DNA of 63,173 bases, filler included, from Reclinomonas americana ATCC 50394 (Eukaryota), in the NCBI GenBank assembly GCA_048213135.1. It is 4 parts of 3 records of this genome, joined end to end, with 100 filler letters (N's around TTAATTAATTAA, not from the genome) between each part and the next. Parts side by side here need not be neighbours in the genome. Positions count along the whole stretch, not along the records: positions 51,464 to 57,948 come from PS015202.1; positions 58,049 to 63,173 come from PS015202.1; 2 more parts are not named here. One strand, 5' to 3'. The translations under genes and the position numbers were made by a program. Below are positions 53,339 through 63,173 of this stretch, one piece after another; position 1 is the first letter of the stretch, and each line of letters begins with the position of its first letter. Under the pieces are notes generated by a model, which saw only the letters and a list, made by a program, of their open reading frames with translations, had not been told where the DNA came from and ran no database searches.

Positions 53339-55897
53339 TTAAGCGTGCGCTTCGATGGCACGCTGTTGGCGACGCTCCTTCCACCACTGGAGGATGGACG
53401 ACAATTCGTCGGCCAGCGCCGTCCAGCAGAACCGGAACTGCTCCTCAGTCTGCACCGCACCGTGACGCTCACGACGCAGCGTCCGAATGAACTCGGTGAT
53501 GTTCAGATCCGGCTCCACACCCTCGCTCAGCTGCGACACGAAGCGCTTCAGCATGGCATCCACGGTGATGTAGGTGCCGGTGCGTCCAATGCCAGCACTG
53601 CAGTGCACCAGCACCGGTGGTGACAGGTCACACGCCTCTCGGCGCCACCGATCTGCGTCGTCGGCATCGGCAGGTGGCGCGGCCAGTGGCACCTGCGCCG
53701 CCCGCGACAGCGACTCCACCGTGCGCACCAGCGTCAGGAATGGTCGCGACGAGACTGGCGCACTGTGGTCCGCCCAGCCGAGGAACCACACGTGGTGGAC
53801 CATGCGAGAGGTGCCATTCTGGTGTGGAGACGGTGGTGGGTGAGCGGCGTGTACTGGAATGGAGAATGACATGGAGAGACAAACCTCATGCTGCAGCTTG
53901 AGAGTGGTCAACAAGAGGTCCTTGGAGATGGCCTCTTCCTCCACACGCGACACGGTGAACGGGCCGACGCGCAGGGGCTGGACGTCACCGGCCAGCGGCC
54001 AGTAGCGGGCGCACTTGTCCTTGGCGCCCTCCATCAGATTGGTCAACATGACAATGACGTGCACGCCCTTGTGCCACACCATCGTCCAAAAGTCGCCAAT
54101 CGTGCTGTCCAGCGGTGCTTGTGTCGCAATGTAATTGTGTGTAATACCCAGATTATGGCCCTGCGTGTGTGCGGAACGGTGGTGAGTTCATGCTTGCTGA
54201 AGGAAGGGGATGCGGCGTGGAAACGCAACTCGAACGAGGCTGGCATTAATGTAGCCGGCCACCGTCTCCTCTGCTGCCACGTCGTCACCCGCGCCTTCCT
54301 CAGCCGGCAAATGCACGGCGTTTTCAGCGTCTAATCACACAAACAGAGAGCAGAGGAGGGTCAGTCGCAGGGGACAACAGAAACAGACAGCGCAGCGTGG
54401 TGACGCAACAGGGCAAGTAGTCAGAGTAGCGGTTCTTGTTCTCACGACCGTCTGAGTTGAACCGCAAAAAGTCACCCGAGTGCGTCAGCATCGTCGACAT
54501 GACCTCCGATTGCAGTTCCTATGGCAAACGCGTCAGTCAATACACAGCACGAGGACGTGGGGAGGGAGAGAGAGAAAGCACACCTTGAATTCGCGCGAAA
54601 AGAAGCGGTCGCGCTGCGCCGCCGTCCGCACCATGTCGATGAACTGATGCACGCTGCCTTCGACGGCAGCCGCAAAGCGCTCATCCGACTCGGCACGCTC
54701 CGCCGCAGCCGCCTCCGCATTGGTCATCTTGTCGGCCGCCGTGCCGGTCTTGCGCGACAGAATGTTCCAGAGATTGGCCGACGAGCCGCCACCAGTGGAC
54801 GCCACATCAATGGGCGGTGGCGCCGGTGCACCGGGTGCGGCCAGGCGATTGTTCTTGACGCTGTAGGTCGACGACGGGCGGCTGACCAAACCCAGGCTCT
54901 CGACAATGCGCGACCGCGGCGGACTGCGCGACGACAGCGGGCTGTGTCGATGCACCGAGCTCGGCTCCAGTCGCGGCGACGACGGCGCCGACAGCACCGC
55001 ATGTCGCGAGTTGCTGCTATCCGCCGACACGCGAAGCCGCTGCTCTTGTTGTTGCTGCTGCTGCTGCTGCTGCTCCTGCAACGACCGTCTCTTCTTCTTC
55101 TCCTTCTCCTCCTCCTGCTCGTGCTCCTCGCCATCCTCGTCATCGTCCGACTGCTCGCCATCTGCCGTGCCCGTGAACGCGTAAGTNNNNNNNNNNNNNN
55201 NNNNNNTTGTCGACGATGAGCACACACTCGCCGTCGCACGATGCCGTGACGAAGGCGTGCCAGGTGTGCCACCACCACGCTGCGGCTGCTGCTGCTTGCC
55301 TCCCGCAGTCAACTGCCGCCGCTGTGCGACCAACTCCACAAACAACTCACGCGACGCTGCCATATCCGCAGACACAGAGCCGTGCTTGTCATCCTCCTGC
55401 TCCTCCTCGTCTGCCTCGTCATCATCGTCCTCCTCGTCTGAGGAAATGGCAATGGCGGCGGCGGCAGGCGACGGTGGCAGAGAGAGTGTCTTGTGCGGCG
55501 TCGGTTGCTCGTCATGTATTGATAGTCGAAGATGAAGTCGCTGTTGATCACCATTTCGCCTCTGCAGTTGCTGCTGTTGCTGTTGCTGTTGTTGTTGATG
55601 CCGCTCGCCTCCACGTGGTGGACTAATGTGCACCAGCTGGGCAAGCGGAGGCGGAGGTGTACTCATCCGGACATCTTCTCTCCCTGCAAACAGACGCGCA
55701 CTCTCTGCGACTGTTGGTGGAGGTGGTGATAGTTGACGACGCGCGGATTGTGGTGGTGAGACGGCGGTGAGTGTGGCCAGAGAGGCCTTGCGCGTTACGT
55801 TCGGGTTATTATCGGTCGCCGTTGATGAAGATGAAGGTGTGGAGAAGCCGTGCGGAGGCGCCGGCATCTCGCTCGCGATGCTGCTGGCGCACCCCAT
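53339..55897 (-). CDS. Classical non-receptor protein tyrosine phosphatase with predicted N-acylated terminus
   Basis: MGCASS start; KNRYSDYLPY, YINAS, YIATQAPL, DFWTMVW, KCARYWP, WADH, VHCSAGIGRTG, VQTEEQF. Confidence 0.92.
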
Positions 55898-57213
55898 TTG
55901 CCTGCTGTTGGTGTTGTTGTCCACTGGTTGCACGCGTGCGCCTCGCTCTCGCTCTGACACGCAATGCTCCAACGCGCGCTCTTCCGTCGTCGTTGAATGT
56001 TTGGAAATGTAACTCTGTCCGGTTCGATCACACAACGTCCACCGATCTGCGCACGAAAGACAAAAATTTCATCGAGTCGCGCTGCTGGGTGACGCCAGTT
56101 GCAAGGCAGTGGTGTGTGTGTAGTGAACAAGGGGAAGGGCTTGGGTGGGGAGAGGGAGAGCGTCTTGGTCGTTGAGCGTCGATGATAAAGAAAGTTCGGT
56201 TTGGTGATTTTTGGGAGAAAACGCACTTCAACGTGCACATTGCGCGCGCGCGGGCGAATGGGCAAGCAAGCGAGGAGCGGCGGCGAGGGAGCGACGAGGT
56301 GGGTGGTGTGCGCAGCTGTGTGTGGTGCGTGCGTCGAGCCAGCGCGGACAGAGAGGAAACCACGCGGCGTGCACGGAAAACAATACAAGAAATGCAGATT
56401 CGAACACCGACAGCAAATTGATCAGTTCGCGCGCTCGCAAAGCAGCTCCATGACCTGATTGCCTTATAGTGCGAGAGGCGGGTGGCGGTCAGTTGCGCGC
56501 ACAATCTTGTCGCCGTGGCTCGCCAACGCGAATCTGTGGTGGCGCGCGATGGCCATGGTCAAGTCGCGCATGCGCATGCGCGCGCGTGGTTTGTGATTGC
56601 GATCGCAATCGATAAATCATTGCGAGGGCCTGTTTGTGAGCGAATCTTTCCTCTCGAATACAGGGTCCATACTCGGCTTTCACCATGTTAACGTTGTGCG
56701 GAGGCGAGGCTTCCGGAACCGCAGCGGATCCGGATCCGGATCCATACGCGTGCACACCAACGACGGCAAGGAGATCTGGCGCCCGATCTACCCCCCGAAC
56801 GGGCCGTGTGTGCCCAACGGGCAGCTGGTGGAGGACGACGCCGGAAAGTATCTCTTCCCCAAGCAGACGTACATGTACAAGAAGGGCAAGCGACCGTGAC
56901 CGTGTGTGTGTGTCTGTAGAGCTGCGCGTCGAATAACCGCATGCATATGCAAATGAACACCGACACTTGAATCTGACAGCTGCTGTCACACCGTGCACTC
57001 ATAGTCACGAAAGGAAACGCGCGCGTTTCGCCTTCTGTAGGCCGCTGCACTACAGCCGTGTCCAGAAACAAGGCTGCGAGAACACCGCTTTGCCGCCACT
57101 TTTCGCTCCCGTTTCGTGCTCGCCTTCGATCGCATTGTCACTCAATTCATCCACATTTTCTCTCCCTTCTTGTGAGCGATCACAACCTCTGTCTTCTTCC
57201 TTCCAAAGAAAAC

Positions 57214-57946
<733 letters not shown>

Positions 57947-58335
57947 GANNNNNNNNNNNNNNNNNNNNNNNNNNNNNNNNNNNNNNNNNNNNTTAATTAA
58001 TTAANNNNNNNNNNNNNNNNNNNNNNNNNNNNNNNNNNNNNNNNNNNNGGAGAGGGAGAGGGAGAGGGGGAGGGAGAAGAGGAGAGGAGGAAGGGTGAGA
58101 AAATAGAGAGGAGACGGCGACGGAGAGGGAGATGGAGGGGGAGAGGGAGAGGGAGAAGAAGAGAGGAGGAAGGGAGAGAAAGAAATGAGGGAAGAAACAG
58201 TGAAGAGGGGAGAGAGAAACAGAGAGGAGACGACAACGGAGAGGGAGAGGGACAAGGAGAGGAGAGGGAAGAGAGAGAGAAGAGAATGATGAGTGCCACG
58301 ACTGCTCGTACAGACAGAATGGTTGGCGACGGAAC

Positions 58336-59332
58336 CTTCAAGCGATCGCCCGTGGCGCCGGTGGCGTTGGCACGCTCACTACCGGCCAGATCGACCAGGT
58401 TGATCTTGGAGACGGTGTTGTGTGACTTCTTCACCACCGGATCCGTCTCCGTCACCGTGAAGATGATCTGGAAGAGGGTGTGCGCACGCGACGAGGTCTT
58501 GTTCATGTTGGTGGAGCCAATGGTACGGGCCTTGGAGCCCTCCTCCATGGCACGCTCGATTTGCTGGTAGTCTTCGACGAGCAGCAATGACAGGTCCTCC
58601 ACCTATACGAGGAAAAAGGGGAGTGTGAGTGAACAGCTGGAGGAAGATAAATAAAAAAATGGACGTTGCGCAACGTAGGGGCCGGTCTTGGGGTGCTCAC
58701 GCACACGGAGGGCGCCCTGCGTGCAGACAAGTGAGTGATTTGCTGCTGGTGTGAAGACAATGGTTGTGTCTGCAATACCTTCTTTGCTGAGGGGTCGAGC
58801 AGATCGCGACATTGCTCATTGTAGATTTCCATCATGGAGCATTCTGGTGGGGGATGGATGGGTGAGAGGAGAGGTGGAAAGCAAAGTGCAAGCACGCATG
58901 CACAAACCGACTCGGAAATCGAGGTTGGGGTTCCCGTTGGCGTTGATGCGTCGGAAGAGATCCTCGCAAGCCTGATCACACACCAAGTCATCAGCGACAG
59001 GCAAGTCACACACACTTACTTACATACAAGAAAACGAACCCTCGGAATGATACCACGATCGGGACCGTAGCCGACCATACTGTACGACTTGCCAGAGCCA
59101 GTCTACAACAACAACAACCAGTGAGCACATCACGACAAGGCAACAGTCTCTCTTTCCCCACAAACACGCACCTGTCCATAGGCAAACAACGAGCTGTTGA
59201 AGCCGGCGACGGCATTGTCGAGCACCAGCGTTCCGAGATCGTTGAAGACCTTGTCTTGGTTGGCAAACGCCCCGCTCGCCGGATCGTGACTCCAGTACGA
59301 GTGGTCAAACACAAAGCTGCGGGGTGGTTCCT
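58336..59332 (-). CDS. Kinesin-3 motor, N-terminal part, on an apparently inverted contig
   Basis: FVFDHSYWS, FAYGQTGSGKSY, MEIYNEQ, VREHPKTGPYVEDL, NKTSSRAH, LVDLAGSERANATGATGDRLK. Confidence 0.93.
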
Positions 59333-59672
59333 CTGCAGGCACGAGGGAGTGAGAACGGGACAGGAAGGCAGGGGGAGAGGAGAGGGGACAGGAAGGCAGG
59401 GTGAGGAGGGAGAGAGGAGATGGAGGAGGAGGAGAAGGAGGAGAAGGAAGAGGAGGAGGACAAGGAGAAGAAGAAGAGGAAGATGAGGAGGAGGAGGAAG
59501 ACAAGGAGAAGACGAAGAAGAAGNNNNNNNNNNNNNNNNNNNNNNNNNNNNNNNNNNNNNNNNNNNNNNNNCCTCTCCCTCTCCCTCCCTTTCCCCTTCC
59601 CCTTTCCCCTTCCCCTCTCCCCTCTCCCCTCTCCCCTCTCTCCTCTCTCCTCTCTCCCTTTCACCCTCACAG

Positions 59673-62600
59673 GAAGGATGCGCCATTAACCAGTCGCTGA
59701 CCAGTCTCGGTAAGGTCATTCACGCTCTGGCCGAGAAGGCCAACGGCAAGGGCAAGGTTCGCACGCCTTTTCTCCCTTCCTCCCTTCCCCTCCTCCTCCT
59801 CCTTCTCATCACCCCCACTCTTCCTCACACAGGTGGTGGTGCCGTACCGTGAGTCGGTGCTGACGTGGCTGCTGAAGGAGTCGCTCGGCGGTAACGCGCG
59901 TACCATTATGATTGCTGCGCTGTCGCCCGCCTCGGTCAACTACGACGAGACGCTGTCGACGCTGCGCTACGCCAACTCGGCCAAGCAGATTCGCAACTGC
60001 GCCGTCAAGAACGAGGACCCGCAAGCCAAGCTCATTCGCGAGCTGCGCGAGGAAATCGACCGCCTCAAGGCTCAGCTCGGCAGTTCGTAACACCTCTTCT
60101 TCTCTTTTTATGTTCTTCGACCCTCCAGCTCAATGCACCCGTCTTTAGCAGGTGGCGCAAGCGGCGGTGCGAGTTCGTCGAGCGGCAGCGGTGGAGCTCC
60201 TGACGAGGTCAATGCTCTGCGCGACCAGCTGTTGCAGTCGGAGAAGATTATCGAGCAGCTGCGCATGACCACGGACGAGCGCCGTGCTCTGACTCACGCC
60301 ATCAACAACAACCGTGAGCAGCAGTTTGCCGAGGTGCGTCTGAACGGAGTTGATGGCATGCGAGTGATAGTAGCATGTCTCACAACGCGGTTTGTTTTTC
60401 TCGATCACAGGCTGGTCTGCTGTCGCTGGGCGGCGACCCGAAGACCACGCCGCACCTCGTCAACCTGAACGAGGACCCGCTGATGTCGGAGAGTCTGATT
60501 TACTTTATCAAGGAATCCGGTGCCACGGTGATTGGCAAGAAGACTGAGGTAAGTCGCTCAATACTTTTGTTCTTCACAGTTTTGAGATGATGCTAATCAA
60601 GTTGCCTTCCTCTCGCAGGCTTCGATGGTCGACATTGAGCTCAGCGGCGTGTCCATTAGCGCGCAGCACTGTCAGATTGTGTCCGAGGAGGGCGAGTGCT
60701 ACATTGAGGCGCTGACCTCCGAGGAAAAGTACAAGACATTTGTCAACGGCAAGCGTGTGGAGCAGCGCACACCCATTACGCAGGTACGTCGTCGTGCCCG
60801 CTCTGTGCGTGTCTCTGGAGTGCATGTGCACTCACGGTGGTGGGAGTGAACAGGGCACGCGTATCATTATCGGTACCAACCACGTGTTCCGCTTCAACCA
60901 TCCGGTGCACGCGGCGCGTCTGAAGGCCGAGCGCGAGGCACGCGGTGGCGAGGAGGCTGCCAAGGAGCCGGAGACGTTTGACTGGGACTACGCGCAAAAG
61001 GTCTGTTCTGCAGCTCTTGCTCGCCATGTGAAGGTTATGTGTGTGGCTCACTGGGCGGTGTGGTGTCCTCCGTGTATAGGAATTGCTGAAGGAGCAAGGT
61101 TTCGTCGATCCCGAGGAGCTGCAGCGCCAGATCATGGAGGAGAAGGAGAAGGCACGCCATGCTCTCGAGGAGGAGATGAAGCGCAAGCTGCAGCAGCAGG
61201 AGGCTGAGATGAAGATCAAGGAGGATGAGATGCGCAAGGCGTTTGAGGCCGAGATGGCGAACAAGGCCAACTCGCAAGAGGAGCTGGTTCGATGACGCGA
61301 GAAACGCTCCGTGTATTTTCCCGTCGTCGTTGCTAACACCACCCAATACAACACACAGAACAAGCTCGAGGAGCAATTCAAGCGCCAGCAAAAGGAGCTG
61401 GAGGAGAAGAACCGCAAGCTGGAGGAGGACCTGAAGAACCAGCAAGTTACACAGATGCGCATTGAGGAGCAGAAGGCGCAGGAGAAGATGGAACGCACGC
61501 GCGCCGAGGAGAAGCTGCTCAAGGTTTGCGTCGAGAGAGTGTCCCTTCTCTTTTCTCCGATTCGGAGTTCTTACGTGACACGCCACAGCTCATCCCGTTG
61601 GTGCAAACGGCCAATGCGTGGGCGGAGGAACTGCGCCGACCGGTGCGCTTTGAGACGCGCATGAAGGCAAATGCCGAGAGCATTGCTGGCGGCTCGCTGG
61701 CTGGCGGCTTCACGTTTGGCCGACGAGTGCGTCCACAAATCGTTGTTTTTGTGTTGTCTCGTCTTCATTCACTCACTGGTGCGTGTGTGTCTGCAGGCGG
61801 AAGTGTGCGTCGACGTGCACAAGCTGTGGTGCGACAACGTGGCCACCTGGGCATACGACAAGTTCGAGAACCGCTACTACCTCATGCAGCAGACCTACGA
61901 AGCCGTGACCGAGGCCATTCGCAACGGCACGCCATACAACCTGCCGCTGGCCGAGGACCCGTTCTACGACCCGCCTGAGCATCAGGTCATTGGCACGGCC
62001 ATGGTGTACCTGCGCTTTGTGGCGCACAATATGGACATTTCAGAGACGTACCCGCTCATTCAAGGCACGAAGGACAAGGGCACGCTGTCGGTGGAAATGT
62101 TGCGTTTCCACTCTCCTCCTCCCTTGTCCTCCCTCTGCGCTATCCAGCGACTGACGATGATGACTGCAGTACGCCGGTAACACCCGACGGTGATACCGAC
62201 GGAGTGGAGATGGTGGAGGAACCCAAGGAGCTGATTGGACAGCGCATTGACTTTGACTTGAAGGTGCACTCGGCTGCCGGCCTGGACCCGCAGTTGGCCA
62301 ACGATGTGTACGTGTCGTACAAGTTCTACCTGGACGACAGGGAGCATGCGACCAAGGTTCGTGTGTGTGTGCGTGTGCATCAGAGTTTATCGCGGCGGTG
62401 CTCACTGCGTTGGTGAGCAGCAAGTGCAAGGCACCAACCCGACATTCGACCACTCGGAGCACTTCACTTTCGACCCCGTCACCGAGGGTCTCATCGAGTA
62501 CCTGTTTGAGAGTGCGGTGGTGTTCCAGCTGTGGGGCCACGTGCAAGAGTCATCCACGCCGTCCGAGATTCGCGTCAACATGGATGGCGCGACCGTCGGC

Positions 62601-63173
62601 AGCGACATTGCAATTGTGCAGGCACCAAGTGCGTCGCCCGCATGATGCATGTGGTCCACTCATGGGTCTCACACTTGAATAATATTTGTTGTGCAGGCTC
62701 CGCACAAAACTCGTCTCGCAACGGACCCCGCCACCAGGCCGTGTCATCGGTCGGCGGTGTGGGGGCCCTGGCAGCTGCGGAGGAGAAGCGCAAGCTGGAT
62801 ATGGAACGCGAGCAGCTGAAGAAGGAGAAGGGTGCGTGTGGTGATGTCGTCGACTTGGGGAACTCACCATCCTCACCCCTCTCTGTGATATGTAGAGCGT
62901 CTTGAGGCCGATCGTCGCGAAGTCGAAGAGGCCAAGAAACGAGCCAGTGAGTCGGGTGCGCGCGGCCCAAAGCTGCATCGCTCTGTTGTGTTGCACACTG
63001 CTGACCCATTCTTCGTCTCCTTGCTCAGCTGCCGCCGCCGAGGCCAGTGCCAAGCAGGTGCACTTTGTGCCGCAGCCGGCGCCAGCAGAAGTGCCCGAGG
63101 ATGTGGTGCGTTTACTGGACACTCTATCTCTTTCCGTCACTCTCTGCCTCGATCGTCTCTCAACCCTCCCCTT
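59673..63173 (+). CDS. Kinesin-3 (KIF28/KLP-6-like): rest of motor, FHA, coiled coil and C2-like domain; runs off the window
   Basis: [58 protein letters not shown] ([14 protein letters not shown]), [10 protein letters not shown]2-like [16 protein letters not shown]. Confidence 0.9.

Noticed and set aside
9542-53341. Possible stop-codon reassignment
   Set aside because: In-frame stops disappear once introns are modelled; TGA and TAA both end conserved proteins at expected positions.

Overview
Draft genomic DNA from a GC-rich, gene-dense, intron-rich unicellular eukaryote; I cannot identify the lineage. The window is four unrelated scaffolds joined by artificial N-TTAATTAATTAA-N linkers (19548, 51408, 57993), so adjacency across those points is meaningless. 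All gene models were built by hand from GT-AG introns, mostly 55-80 nt, plus longer CT/microsatellite-rich ones. Scaffold 1 (all minus strand): divergent GT48 1,3-beta-glucan synthase with an ectodomain+TM N-terminus, mitochondrial tRNA 2-thiouridylase, DCAF4-like WD40 protein, RNR small subunit and a large unknown protein. Scaffold 2: Tim17-family protein, GH27 alpha-galactosidase, hypothetical protein, ATG11/FIP200, a secreted lectin-like/EGF/Asp-box mosaic protein, cryptochrome DASH and the start of an FAD oxidoreductase. Scaffold 3: RS-rich cyclophilin, classical PTP and cathepsin L-like protease. Scaffold 4: kinesin-3 whose first contig appears inverted. The most striking signal is a very common atypical 5' splice-site class, H|GTTGCG (27 modelled donors, none with G at -1). 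It looks like the normal G|GTGCGT donor shifted by one nucleotide.
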